Shown: positions 35,166 through 60,939 of the stretch, piece by piece
Numbering within the stretch: position 1 is the first letter of the stretch
Layout of the letters: each line of letters starts with the position of its first letter
Notes under the pieces: generated by a model
The model's input: the letters and a program-made list of their open reading frames with translations, nothing else
Told to the model about the DNA's origin: nothing
The model's database searches: none
Position numbers and translations under genes: made by a program
Source: Antechinus flavipes
Lineage: Eukaryota
Direction of reading: 5' to 3'
Assembly: GCF_016432865.1 (NCBI RefSeq)
Contig: NC_067398.1
Location: 83,452,001-83,516,000, forward strand
DNA length: 64,000 bases

Positions 35166-37586
35166 AATTTACTTCAGCTCAGTGAAACAGGTGGTAACAA
35201 TGCAAGTAACCGAATTACTTCAGGGGAATATGTCATTTTCACCAATCAGGGACCTAGAAGTAAACAGGTGTGGGAGCTCACACACATGTAGACACACCTA
35301 TACCCACCTAGCACCTTGCTATGTATGTCACACGCATGCATGTATGTGTAAGAGATGGGGCCAATGAATACCCCTCCCACAACCCCCATACTGGTGAACT
35401 CCTAGTCGTATGATAATAGCTAGTATTTATGAAGCTCTTGAAGGGGCACAGAGGCAGTGCTGCCCAAGGGGGATAGAGAGCTGGTGCTGTGGCCAGGAAG
35501 GCTTGGCTTCCAGCAGCTCTGACACAAAGTAGCTATGTGATCAGGGGCAACAGTAACGGGTTCTAGGTGACTCTCTGAGATACAGTTGCAGAGAAGGTGC
35601 TAACTTGTATTAATAAAGTAAGTTTAGTCATTTCTACATTAATAAAATAACAGGCTTAATCTGTGTCCTTTAAGGTTTGCAAAGTGCTTTCCCTAAGCAT
35701 GTATGTAGTGGGCACATGCAAACATATAACACTTTACTCACAGTCAGGACCACACACGATGGGGGAGGAAAAAGGGGAAGGACTAAGACCTGCTTTAACA
35801 CACACCCTTCCTCCAGGGACAGAGACCGGCTTCTAGCTTTGGGCATGGGGGCTCTTTGGAATGGTCTTCGGAGGTACATGAGGCAATGGATTTCACCACT
35901 CTGAAATTGAGGGGGGACCTAATTCTTCCCTTTCTCTCCACCCCCAACCCCGCTACCAAAGATCAGAAGACTAGACTCCAACAACTTTTGTCCAATTCCC
36001 CAAGCCTTCTCACACCCCAAGGATGGAGTTGTGAGAGCCAGGGCTAACAGGCTGTCTCCTTCATCACTCCTAGAAGTGAGTGACACTGCAAAGTCTGAAC
36101 CACAGCTCCCACCTGGACCAGGGTCTTCAGTCCACATACATACTGATATCACTTGTCCATACACATGCAGATGCCATACATACACACCCCCCCCCCCCCC
36201 ATCCATACATGTACTGTACTAATGTGTGACGATTCAGTTGGGTATTGGCGCTGACCTTTCCGCAGCTCTGTCTCACTCATATCCAATTCACACTCAAGTC
36301 AAAACAACAGCAAAACAAAACAACACAACAACAACAACAACACCTGCTGATTAGTTTTCTGAAAAGGGGAGAGCAAACCAAGAATCATTCACCACATTAG
36401 TGAATTTGGCCAACTTATTAGACTTGTAGAATATTGAGAATAGGTCCCAATGAATCTCCAAAGCCAGGGGAAGGGATGTGTTCACACCTCAAGTGGGTGT
36501 TTGGATTTACAAGGACTCTTCCTATATTATCTATGCACACACACATGCACACTTATAATAATAATAATAATAATATATTGCATTTATACAGCTCTTTATA
36601 CTTTCCAAAGTACTTTCACATCTGTTAGTTCCCTCGATCCTCACAACAGCCCTGTGAGGTAGGCAGGGCAGAAATTATCTCCATTTTACACAAAAGGAAA
36701 TTGAGGCACAGAAACAGGAAGGGACTAACCCCCAGATCACATGGTGAATTTGCGGCAGAATTGGAACCCTGAACAAGGCTCTCTCTCCTATAGCCCACTG
36801 CCTTCTCATGTACATATACATACACACACAGAGACGCACAAACATATACATACAGTCACACGTGTGATCCCCATAATTCTTTGTGGTCCCTGGCACAGTG
36901 AGGCAGCACTCTCTCCTGCCTAATCACTTGTGGTATTAACTTTGTACATTCTCTCCATTCCCCATTCCTGCCTCACAATTGCTCCGAATCTCCTGTTCTC
37001 TCCTGTCTTTCTAGGGGACCTTTAGCCTCAGGGGGAAAATTCTCACTTTGCCATATGTTTTACTTAATCCTTAAGAGATGGTAGTTTTTGCTCTCTCAAG
37101 GCTGGGGAGTGCATCTCCCATTTTCTCAAACTCCCCCTCCCCCAATGACCTGGAACTGATTGTCTAGTCCTGGGACACTGGGGTGATTGGCTAGTGAGCC
37201 TTCCCAAGCCCCAGGCACTGCTAGCTCTGTCTGCTGGACCCAGACTTAACAAGCAGGAAAAGAGTCACTAAGGGAGGGGATGCATATAACCTCAGACCAC
37301 CAGCAGGCCTCCCAGTCCCATCCCTGGCCCCTCTTGGGGTTACATTCATTGGTTACGGTCTGTTAATAAATATATCAGTGGTTGTATCCCCGGCTCTGGG
37401 CCCCCAAGGCAGGGAGATTGAAAGGGACCCCCTGCCTCATTAAAAGGCCAGTCTCTCTCTCTCTCCTGGGGCCCCTTCTCCACATCAAGGGGTTGAAAAG
37501 GACCCCAGTTAGGCAAGAAGCAGGACACCCAGCTTGGTCCCTTGGCCCCTCAATCCCCACTGATGTCTGGGGAAAAGGTGGCGGGG

Positions 37587-49911
<12,325 letters not shown>

Positions 49912-50268
49912 GGTGAGGGAGATCAGGCAGCTCTTGGCCCGGCGGGGTCCCAGGGAAGCGGAGATGGCAACAAACACAGTGGGGAGGAAGGAGAAGCTCT
50001 CCGAGTCGGCCTGTGGACTCTGACCTCTGGATCTAGAAAAGAAGGAAAGAGTCAAGGAGGGAGGAGGGAGGGAGGGAAGGGAAGGAAAAAGGAAGGAACC
50101 AAAGGAGAGAGAAGACCGGGTGAGAGGGAGAAGGAGAATAAAGAGAGAAGAGAGGGAGAGCGAGCGAGCATGTGAGTCCCAGGGGATCAGATTACAGCCG
50201 GTTTGGGCGCTGGGGCAAATACAGCCACATTCCTGTTGGCTTAGCCCCTTCTTCTGAGGGACACACCA

Positions 50269-50299
<31 letters not shown>

Positions 50300-50674
50300 C
50301 TGACACAGAAAGGGCACACATGCACACCAACATCTCCCTGGGTACAGATGCAGGTAAGGAGATACTGGGCGTTCACAGAGACGGAAGCATCTGAGTCCAT
50401 CCCTACGTTCAGGTTAGTGGGGCAGGCAGGGGGAGAGGAGAAGATCCTGGGAGTGACCCCCAGACCCTCTTTAGCATCCTCTGAGGGCTCATCCGGGTTT
50501 GGAGGGGCTTCCCTGCCCCCCTTTCTGCCACAAATGGCACTTAGCTCCAGGAGAGGAGAGAACGTCTTCCCTGTGCGATCGTGTGTGTTTGCCTTTCCAC
50601 AAATGTTCACGTATGAGCAGGGGGGTGACAGCCCCGTGACAGGCCTGGACTCCCCTTGATTGTCGCATAAAGAC

Positions 50675-50880
50675 TAGTAGAGGAACTGAGGGTGTCCATT
50701 AGGACAAAAGAAGGCTCAGTGCAGAAGGACATAGTAGCTGTCTTCAAATATTTGAAGAGGGATTAGATCTGCTCTGTTTAACCCCCCGGGGGCAACAGCG
50801 ACGGGAGGCGGAAACCCAGGCAAATTCAGGCATGATGTCAGGAAGCATCTCCCAGCTGGTAGAACGGAACAAAGGGGAGA
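50675..50880 (+). mobile_element. L3/CR1 fragment
   Basis: gaggaactgagggtgtcc...gacatagtagctgtcttcaaatatttgaagagg...agatctgctctg. Confidence 0.55.
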
Positions 50881-53452
50881 CCCGCTGCTCCCAGGGGAAG
50901 CAAACTCCAGAGGTTTCCCGGAGGATGCTGAGGACCACTTGTTGGGGGATGTTGTGAGGGAGAAGGACACCGAGATACCTCCTCAGTCAAAAGTTCTGTG
51001 CTTCTGGGTGCCTTTAAGGGTACGTCTACACACCCATAAGGGGTATGTCTCTGAGGAGCCCCATCACTCTCCTGGTCCCAAATGTCCCCATCAAAGGGAG
51101 GTTGGGAACTTGGGACAGATAAGACTTTTACCAAACCCATTTTCCAGAAAGAAGAGACAAGCACCTGCCAGGAACTGGAACAGAATGTCAGTGTCCAGTC
51201 TTTCAGTCGGGCAGGGGTATTAGTCACCTCCCTTTCGGTTGGCCCCACGTCTTCCCTCCAGAGTCAATGACCCTCGATGAGTCTCCCCTCCCTATTCTCT
51301 CTTTTAAAAGGGACAGAGGGAGAGGGGGAGGTCAGTGCTTGGAACCAAATAGCAACTCTCTTACGTCACCACCAGGCTCATAAAGGATTGGGACATTAAA
51401 GTGAAGTGGGGGGCAGTCATTAGTGGGTGTGTCTGCCCTTTCTGTGTCTGGGTCCTCTCTGGACACAGATTCAGCACTGGACTCTCCTATCCACAGAATG
51501 GAGAGAGAGGGAATGACTGAGTGTTCGGCTCATTGAATCATCCTTCCTTCAATGAGCTCCCACTGCCCGCTGAACCCTTGCCTCCTACTGAGTGCCCTTG
51601 CCTTCCCTGAGCCTCATTCCCTTCACCAAGACCTTCATCCCCCCCCACGCCCACACTGAGTCCTTCATCCCTTCTCCCATCCCCGTCCCGGATGCCTGGG
51701 CTGCCCTCTCTGATACCCAGCAGGGAGACATGGGAAACCGGAAACATTATCAACTGTTCCTTTGAATCAAGAACTGCTCCCCCTCCACCCTGCCAAGCCA
51801 TCCTCCACGGACACAGAGTGGGGGAGACAGAAGCCAGGCCTGGGAATCCAGAGCTCGGGTCCCAATCCTAACTATCTTGTTGAGTGTGAATCTGGAGGCT
51901 TTGCTTTTTTTCCCACATCACAGCATCTATAGCCACAAGGACCCATGGGTCAGCTCCTTCCCCTTTTAGATGGCCATTCTCTAGATCCACATCTTCTTTC
52001 ACCAAGCCCTTCACTAGGCCTCCCCCCTCGACATTTATTCCCTTGTTATGGACTAGCGGGGTATGACTCCCACCTGGGGGTGCAGCTCCGTTTCTCCCCC
52101 AAACTTCCCTCCTAGGATTCGCCTGGGGCCGTCACAGCACCGCCCTGTACCTCAGCTCCTTGGCCGAACAGGGAGGGGCTATGTTGGGCAGTGCCCACCC
52201 AGATGCCAAGGCCTCCTCCTTTGTAGTCCTGGCCATGGCCTGCCTTGCTTGGCAGCAAGTGCCAGAGTGGAGAGCAAATGCCAAGCGAGCAGCACCCGGA
52301 GCCGGGGGCTGGTTCCTTCTGGGCACCCAGAGGAAAGCTCTAGGTAACTTCCATCCCCCAACTACCCTGTGTTTAGGGATGGCTCCACCAGCCACTCGGT
52401 GACTCAGGCTGGAAACCCTGGCACCCTCTTTGATGCTTCCAGCTCCCTCACCCCTTAGAGCCAATCACCAGTCACAAGAACTGCCATTTTTACTTTTGCA
52501 AACACTCTCTGCTTGGAGTTAATTCTCTGTTCTTAAACCAAACAGCTCATGACAGTGAAGCGTGAACTAGCTCCCCATTGCCAAAGAAAAGCAGAAGTCC
52601 TTATCCTGGCGTTCAAGGCCCCACCTTTCCAGGTTTGGCTTCTATTACCCCCCTCCCCTCCCTTTATCACTAGACATTCCCCGGTCATTCGCCAATCTTG
52701 TCCTGCTCTAACCTCATCCCTCATGCTTGGAACGTTCATAGGAACACAAGAGCTAGAAACGGAAATTCAGAAGTCATTTTGTCTACTCTCCCCATTTTGT
52801 GGATGAGGAAATTGAGGCTCATAGAAATGAAAAACTGGCCCAAGTAAACATAATAAAGGTGCCTGTGACTCCCAGGTCAGCACCTTTTGTACCACACCCT
52901 CACTCTGACATCAGTGACAACGAAAACCCTTTTCTTCCTTCAAGGAAGGAATCTCGCTCGCTCCGTACAGCTGGCCTTCCTCAACCTCTGCTGCTAGAGC
53001 CTCATAATGCTGTGCCAAATAACAACTGGCTCCCTCCCATCTTGCTCAGTTTTTTTGTGCTTGTTTCTCTGCCTTCTTTCCCTCCTTCATTCAACTGGAA
53101 GCTCCTTGAGAGCAGGATGTGGGTCCTATCCCTGAAATTGTTTAGTAGATATTTTTTTAATTAAATCTCCACCCATTGGGCTAATGAGTGGCTCCCCTCC
53201 TGGGCCCAGGGGGCTGTGGCTGGCCTTAGATGCTCTCTTGCTCGGGATTTGGAGGGGAGGGATGGAGCAGCCTGGCCTAGTCTGAAATCCAGCACACTGG
53301 ACACTTTTTGGGAACAGAATAGGCTACTCAGAAAGAGGGCCTCTTGCTAGGACCCAGGCTTCCCTCTCTGCCTGCCTAACTGGTCTCTGAAAGGGCTGGG
53401 GGGTAGGAGATGGAGGGGGAGAAGAAGAGGAAGGGAACAAGCATCTCTGTAG

Positions 53453-53542
53453 CACCTACTATGTGCCAGGTACTGCGCTGGACACCTACTATGTGCCAGG
53501 CACTGCACTGGACACCTACTATGTGTCAGGCACTGCGCTGGG
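53453..53542 (+). repeat. 3 x 30-bp tandem repeat of an L2-tail motif
   Basis: cacctactatgtgccagg(t/c)actgc(g/a)ctgga repeated three times, near-identical. Confidence 0.9.
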
Positions 53543-53879
53543 TACTTTGTTACAGATGTTTTCTCATCTGATCTTCACTTCAACTCTTGGAGGTAAGTGC
53601 AGTGATTGATTTACTCCCGGCCCCAAGGATCTGCCCACACTTCTCTAGCTCCCTCTGTCCACCCAGGAAAGAATTCCATTTGGGAATAACAGAATGTAAG
53701 CACTAGAAAGCACCTGCCAGGTTGTCTAGCCCAACTCCCTCCCACTTTACAGATAAGGAAACTGCGGCCCAAAGAGAAGTCACTTGGTCATACAGCTAAG
53801 AAGTGAGTCTAGGTTCAAAGACATCCCTATGGAAAGTTTTGACTTTAGATCTAGAATTCTTTCCAGGTTCTCTCTACCA

Positions 53880-54105
53880 TTTCTTATCCCTGGCACAGAG
53901 GCTAGAGTGCTGGGCCTGGAGTCAAGGAGCAAATCTAGCCTCAGCCTGTGTGGATCTGGGCAAGTCACTTAACCCTGTTTGCCTCAGTGTGCTTATCTGC
54001 ACAATGAGCCGGAGAAGGAAACAGCAAACAACTTCATTATTTTTGTCAAGAAAATTCCAGATGAGGTCACAAATAGTCACATGTGACTGAAAAATGGCTA
54101 AGCAC
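53880..54105 (+). mobile_element. MAR1-type CORE-SINE
   Basis: gggcctggagtcaagg...gggcaagtcacttaaccctgtttgcctcag...ggagaaggaaacagcaaac...caagaaaa. Confidence 0.7.
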
Positions 54106-55899
54106 ATAGGTCAGAGAGGGCAATTGCCTTGCCCCTGGTCACACAGCTAACAATTCAACTCAATTTAACAAACCCCTATTAAGGGTCTTGGCTAGACAAG
54201 GCCAGTGGCTAAAAATACAAAAATGGTGTTGGAGGCTGGAACTCAGGTTTCTTTCAGTCTTTTTGCAGTAGCTGGGTCAAGGGTACAAGTGGATTAACTA
54301 AGCTGAAGTAGGGCCCTTGGGACTGTGCTAATTCTTAAATCTAGGATTTGGCTTTTTAGTGCTCTTAGCTTCCAGTTTACCCCTTTCCCCCAACCCCCCT
54401 CAAGGTTCCAGGCTTCCTCAGAGATCAGGACATTTTAAGCTCTTTCCTAAGGCTGTGCTGTAGCCTCCTCCAAGATTGGAGCCCTTCTCCCAATTTGAGG
54501 CTAATCCCTCTCCCATCCCCCCAAAAAAGAACAGGGAGGGCTCCTTGGCAGGGGGGAGCATGGGGGGGGTGTTGAAGGAATATGGATGGCCCCAGGCCAA
54601 ACCTGCCTCCTCTAGTGCTCAGTGCCTCCTGGGTGAGGGGGGCTGGAAGGATTAGCCAGGGTGAGCCTGGGGAGCCAGGGCTGCTCAGGCATACAAGTTA
54701 TCAAGTGCAGTTTCCTGGGTGGCTGGATCGGGTGACAGGCAGGCTGCTGGGAGCTGACTAGGGAGGGCGGTCCTGAGCTTGGGAGGAAAGCTGGGTCAGC
54801 CGACAGTCACCCTGGAGACGGGTGGGGCTGTGGCCTGGGCACTTCTCAGGAATATGGCATGGGTGCAGGGCACCCAGCACAGGGCAGGGCGGCTCTGCCG
54901 TGGGGCTTGACTCCAGGGAGGCAGGAACCCAAAGTGACAGCTCTTCGGCTAACCCCTCTCAACCTCCTCCCCTCAAAGCTGGCAGCAGTTCTGTTTTCAT
55001 TTCACACCAATCCTCCCTGAGCCAGCCTCCCAATTATGGAGTGAAAACAGCCAGTGATTTGGAGTCAGAGGGCTTGAGTTCAAATCTATATCCGAGATTT
55101 ATCTGCCCAGCCTCGGTTTCTTTTTTAAATGGAGAGTTAAACTAAATAACTTTCAGGGTCCCCTCCAACTTCGAATCTATGCTCCCGTGATCCCCTATGT
55201 ACCCTCCAGGCTTCTTATGCCCATAATCTGAGGAGCCACAGATCTACCACTGCTTTCTCCCTTAGGTCTCCGTTATAATATTTCACAGCTTTCTCTTTCT
55301 TTAGTCCTTTTTAACTATGCCCCTTTCCCCTAGTTCACAGACTCTCTCCTCTCATCCTTTTTCTCCTTTTTTTCTCTAGCCCCCTTCTCCTTTGGTTCCC
55401 TCCTCTCTTTCCCAAATCTTTCACAAGCCCCTCTGGTAGCTCCCTTCCTGTGGTGCCCTCTTCCATAATTCCTTCAATCCCCCAATGCTGTCCTCCCCAT
55501 AGCTCTCCCGGGCACTTAGCCTACGCTCTGCTCACAACCTTCACCTACCCACAAACCCCTCCTCCATTCAGCCCTCTTAAAGCCTTCTTCATTTTAACCC
55601 CCTCCTGTCTCCGCATATGACCCTTTCCCCAGGTCACAGCCTTTACAACCCCATTACCGCTTTACAATCTCCTCTCCTCTCTCCGCCCTCCTTCCCGAAA
55701 CTCCGTGCTGAGGTAAGGATGTTCTAGGAGGGGTGGCCGCGGGGTGGAGATGAGGGGGGCAAGGCTATGTACTCGTGAGCTCCGGGTCACTGAGCCCTGC
55801 AGACGTAAACAAGCCTCTTGTGCACCCCCACCCCACCCCACTCCACGGCTCTCTTCTGGCTTCTCCAATCCCTGTGGGCTCCCCTCCCCTCTGCTCAAC

Positions 55900-56620
55900 C
55901 AAGTTGGCCCTGCTCTCCCATGGAGGACCCCGGAGGCTGAGCAGCGGGCCGGCCACCTGACGCCCCCCCCCCTCCCTCCGCCTGTCCCGGGACCCGAACG
56001 AGAGAGGCACAGACTCAGGGTATTCAGGCTACGGGCACTGCCAGTCTCGGGGCTCCGGGTTCCACTTGGCAGTAAGGGGTCTCGAGAACCCCAGATTCCC
56101 CGGCTCGCGTTCCTCCTCACCTGCCCCCCTTTCCTGAAGCCCCGATGGGGAGGGGCGGGTCCGCACCTCTAGCCCTGGCCCTAGCCGGGCTGGTGCCCTG
56201 CTCGGGCTCCGGCTGGCACTCCGGCTCCGGCTCCAGCGCTTGTGCGCGCCTCGGTAGGTAGGTCGGTCCGTGGCGGTGACAGGGCAGCCCAGAGGAGGCG
56301 GCCGGAGGCGGGGAGCAAGGAGGGGAGAGGAGGAGGGGGGGAGGGCGGGACCTTGAGCTCGACTCTAGGGCGGGGGAGTGTGGGGGGTGCTCCCAGCGAA
56401 CTCCGGCCGGGGCCAGAGCCACGAGGCCAGGGAACCGGGAAGGCGGCCCGTGCCGGAGGAGTGCGGCCGTGGGGAGGACACGCACACGCACACACACACG
56501 CACACGCACACGTATGCAGTCAGCTACACAGGCACAGGCCGACACATAAATCGACCTGAATCTTTGGACCCAAGCAGGGCGGGACAGATGAGTTCCACGC
56601 GGATACACATTTAGAGCCGC
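55900..56620 (-). promoter_or_regulatory. CpG island, probable SEMA3B upstream promoter and non-coding first exon
   Basis: CpG-rich, with minus-strand donor cag|gtgagg ending an exon at 56121. The acceptor of the first coding exon follows a long pyrimidine tract, with that exon starting at 50032. Confidence 0.65.
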
Positions 56621-57204
56621 ACACACAAGTGGGCTGTGGGGAGAAAGGCTGGAACCCCAAGTCGGCTACTGACTGACGGATTGAGTGCTGGGTGATTCCC
56701 AGAATTCCCTTCCACTCTCCTCTCCGGACACACCCCTACCTGGAGTCCCGACCTGTCCTAAATCTAAAAGAACTACTCATGCATGGATGTACCGATATCC
56801 ATAAGGCACACACATACACACACACCAACTACACACAACTAAAAGCCATGACTTCAGCGAAACTTCACAAAACTTGCACCTGTGCTCAACTCTATAGTAA
56901 ATGTCCCAGCAAAATCCACAGTCACCCAGAAATACTTAGGGAGCACAACTGTGACTATGGAGGCTCAGTGTGTGTGCCTATTGTATGCCCATCTCTTGGA
57001 AGCCCTGATTCCTTATCTCTGATGTGCCCACAGACATTGAACCTTCCCCAGAGGAGATTTGGGGGCTATGGGTGGAGATCTAGGTACAAGTGGGGAGGGA
57101 GGTCCCTTCCCAGGAGGCGCCCTCTCTCCAGGGCTACAATGGTAATTTTTTTTTTTAAACAACTGGCTCTTTGGGAGAGAGCCCTGACTGTAACATGAAA
57201 CCCT

Positions 57205-57370
57205 TTCAAGTTTTTGTTGTTGTTCAATCCTTTTGGTCGTATCCAACTTTTTGTGACCCCATTTAGAGTTTTCTTGGCAAAAGATACTAGAGTGGTTTGC
57301 CATTTCCTTCACCAGTTCATTTTACAGATGAGGCAACTGAGGCAAACAGGGTGAAGTGACTTCCCTGGGG
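57205..57370 (-). mobile_element. MAR1-type CORE-SINE
   Basis: gtgaccccatttagagttttcttggcaaagatactagagtggtttgccatttccttc...ttttacagatgagg. Confidence 0.75.
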
Positions 57371-58614
57371 TCATACAGTTTTGTGTCTTAATTATTTGAT
57401 CTGTTTAAGATTTTCTCCATCACTATAACACTAGACAATCAACAAAACAATACATTAAACCTTGATTTGTAGAGCTTGCTGATTTCTCAAATATAAATGC
57501 TCACCCTGAAAATTTAACAGTGACCTTCAGAGTTGGTCAAAGCTGGCTCCAGCACATTTTTGCCTTTGTTCTTAAAGCAAACCAAAGAGGTTACCACCTC
57601 CTCCCAATGACTGACCTTTAGCAGCTTAGTCCCTGTATTTTACCCTAAAGTTCTGGAGAGATGTGCTAATCCACTTGTACATGTGTAGACAATCTCCACA
57701 GCCTGGCATGGCTGGGCTCCCTTTTAGACCAACTCTTTCAGTGACTCTCCAGGTGACCAGTTCCCCAGGGGGACCTTGTGTATCTGAATTGGTCTGTGTT
57801 CTTAGCAAACTCCTGGACTCTTCCCTGGGAAGGAGAGGAAGCTTGTGGACAGGGAATGGGAGCAAGCTGGTACTGGAAGAGGGCAGATAGGCCTGTGGCA
57901 CTGGCCACATGCTCGTGCACACACAGGTCTGGGCAGGTATCTCTGTGCCTCAGGAGAGGTGAGGTGAGTGCTGACAGCATCATTCAGAGTTAGGGTAATG
58001 AAGGCCCTAGATCCCACCATGAGGAAGCCAGGATCAAGGTTTCCCATCAACTCCTCCCTGCCCCTAATATACACACATACCCAGAACTCACATCAGGATT
58101 CTGACCTCACCCAATTCCCCTAGGCCACCCACTATCTCGGCCATCCCTCCCTCCCCCTAAACTCCAGCCCCACCCTGGGCACTGGGTGACGAAGGAAGAG
58201 ATGAGATATTTCCTTGTGACTTCCGTGGTGCCTGTTGGAGGTGGTCACCCTGAATGTGTTTATCTGTGAATTTGTGAGTAATGTTTATGCAGGTTCATGT
58301 CTGTGTGTGGCTATGTTGTCACGCTTTCGACATCAGTTAAGCCATGGAAAAATCACCACTTCTCTCCGAGACTCAGTTTCCTCATTTATAAAGTAGAGTC
58401 CCTGGATTGTTATAAGGACTCCCTCCAACAATGATGCTTCTCGTAGCCTGTCAGGACTAGTTATTGGAGACAGAATTGAACTGGAATGTTAAGGTCGTAG
58501 ATGGGATGAAAAGAAATTACTATTGCTGAAAGAAACCCTAAGGACTGTCTGGTGCCAATACTCTTATGTTGCAGAGGAGGAAACTGAGGCCCATAAAAGT
58601 GAGATGATAATAGC

Positions 58615-58850
58615 ACTTGGGTGGCTGGTTGTGCAGGGGCTAGAGTCAGAAAGACATCTTTCTGAGTTCAAATCTTGCCTCAGACACTGACTGTGTGGTC
58701 CTGGGCAAGTTTGCTTATCCCTGTTTGTCTCAGTTTCCTCATTTGTAAAATGAGCTAGAAAAGGAAATGGCAAACCACTCCATTATCTTTGTCAAGAAAA
58801 TCCAAAAGGAATCATTGAAGAACTGGACATAGAATAACTGAACAACAAAA
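58615..58850 (+). mobile_element. MAR1-type CORE-SINE
   Basis: ctgagttcaaatcttgcctcagacac...ctcagtttcctcatttgtaaaatgagctagaaaaggaaatggcaaaccactcc. Confidence 0.75.
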
Positions 58851-59334
58851 TTATAGCACGTAGCATGTGCCAGACACACGCATTTTATAATTATCTTATT
58901 TGATCCTCACAATAAACTTGGGAGGTTGGTTCTATTATTATCCCCATTTTACAGATGAGGAAACTGAGATGAGTAGATGAAGTGGCTTGCTCCAGATCAC
59001 CCAGCTAGTAAGATCTTTCTGACTCTTGTCCTGGTGTTCTATTCTCTGTGCTATCTGATCCAAGTTCACATTGGTAGTAAATATAAGAGCTGAAATTTGA
59101 ACTCAGATCCTCTGATAGTGAACTCAGTACCCTTTCCACTGCCCCATTTTGTCTCCTTTCTTGGTATTATTATTACTAAAATAATTAAAGGTTCTTTAGT
59201 CCCATCAGTGCTATTAATTCAGATTTCAAATCTTCTACACCTGTGAGAGATAACTTCATGACTTTCATGTGGGACAGAAGAAAAAAAATCATTGTGTGGT
59301 GTTTAGCCTCTGGTGGTATCATCATCATCAATCA

Positions 59335-60198
59335 GTAGTAGCTATAGCAGTAATAGTAATAGTAATAAAATAACAGTAAAGTAGTAGCAGCTGCAGCAGT
59401 AGTAATAGTAGTAAAGTGATAGTAGTACGAATAGCAGTGGTAATAGTAATGATAGTAGTAGTAACAGCAGTAGTAGTTGTTAGCAGTAATAGTAGTAGCT
59501 ATTAGTAGCAGCAGCAGTAATGATAATAGTAATAGGAGCAGCAGCAGTAGTAATAATAGTAGTAATTATACTAATAGTAGTAATAGCAGCAGCAGTAGCA
59601 GTAATAGCAATGATAGTAATAGTAGCAATGGTAGTAGCAGTAGTTGTATTAGTAGTAACAGTACCTGTAGCAATAGAAGTAGTAACAGTGGCAGTAATAG
59701 TGGTAATAGCAATAGTAACATAGTAGTAATAATAGTAGTAGCAGTGGCAATAATAGTAATGATAGTAGTAATAGCAGCAGCAGTAGTAGTATTAGTAATG
59801 ATAGTAGCAGTAGTAATAGTAGCTGTATTAATAGAAGTAGTAACAGTGGCAGTAATAGTGATAATAGCAATAGTAACAGTAGTAATAATAATAGCAGTGG
59901 CAGTAATAGTAATGATAGTAGTAGTAATAGCAGCAGCAATAGTAGTATTAGTAATGATAGTAGCAGTAGCAACAGTAGTAGCAGTAGTAGTTGTATTAGT
60001 AGTAACAGTAGCAGTAATAATAGCAATAGTAAAGTAGTAGTAGTGATAGTAATAACAGCAGTAGTAATAATAGTAGTAGCAGTAGCAGCAGTAGTATTAG
60101 TAATGATAGTTAATAGTAACAGTAAGCAGCAGCAGTAGTAATAATAATAGTAGCAATAGTAATAGTAACAGCAGAAGGAAGAGGAGCAGCAGCAGCAG
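59335..60198. repeat. Degenerate trinucleotide array (AGT/AAT/AGC/AAC), about 860 bp
   Basis: Continuous 3-bp periodicity. It explains the spurious poly-Val/Ile, poly-Ser/Asn and poly-Leu ORFs. Confidence 0.95.
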
Positions 60199-60939
60199 AA
60201 CTGGCCATTGTTGCGGAAACAAAAGTAAAACCTGAATTCTCAGACCAGTACAATACAAAACAATTTAAACAATTTGTGTGACTATGCCAGCATTAGTACA
60301 AAGCTCTTATCCCAACAGAAGTGGGAGAAATCATTTGGGTGGAGAAATCAGGGAAGGCTTCCTGGAGCATATGTACATGGTTGTATCCTTCGGTATATGT
60401 CTGTACATACACAGTGGCCAGACATCATCTAACCACAACCTTCTCTCTTGAATTCAATGATCCTTTCAGTTCCTGTCCAATAGGGTCAGGAGGAAAGAAG
60501 GAAAGCCTGGTTTGGGAGGGGGTGTTGGGGAAGTGGGGAAAACTGTTGCTAGGGGATTTTTCTTACAGGGGAGGAAAAAGGCAAAGTCTGACCTCTTGGA
60601 GATGAATAGCTGGGCCCGGGGAGAGGAATGCCTTACTTGCCATTCCCCAGGACACGGGAGGAGGGATATTCCCTGATCTTCGGAGCCAGTTTCCTGGGAA
60701 GAAGAATTAAAAGAATAGAATGGGGAGGAGGGTAGTAAGATAAGTGGATTTTCCAGGGGACCAGGCATTGGTGCCGAGCCAGAGGAACAGACGATGACCT
60801 CAACCGACACAGGGAGATGAATGCAGCCCCAGTTTCTCGGACCCCAAATATGGGCCAAACTGGCACTGTGGTGCAGTGTGTGCTGGGGAGGGTGTCTATA
60901 GTGCCTTACATTGAGCTCTTAGCCTCCTTTTTTAATTCA

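Noticed and set aside
59477-60037. Hydrophobic 186-aa ORF and antisense poly-Leu ORF
   Set aside because: They are by-products of triplet periodicity, and the register shifts within the array.
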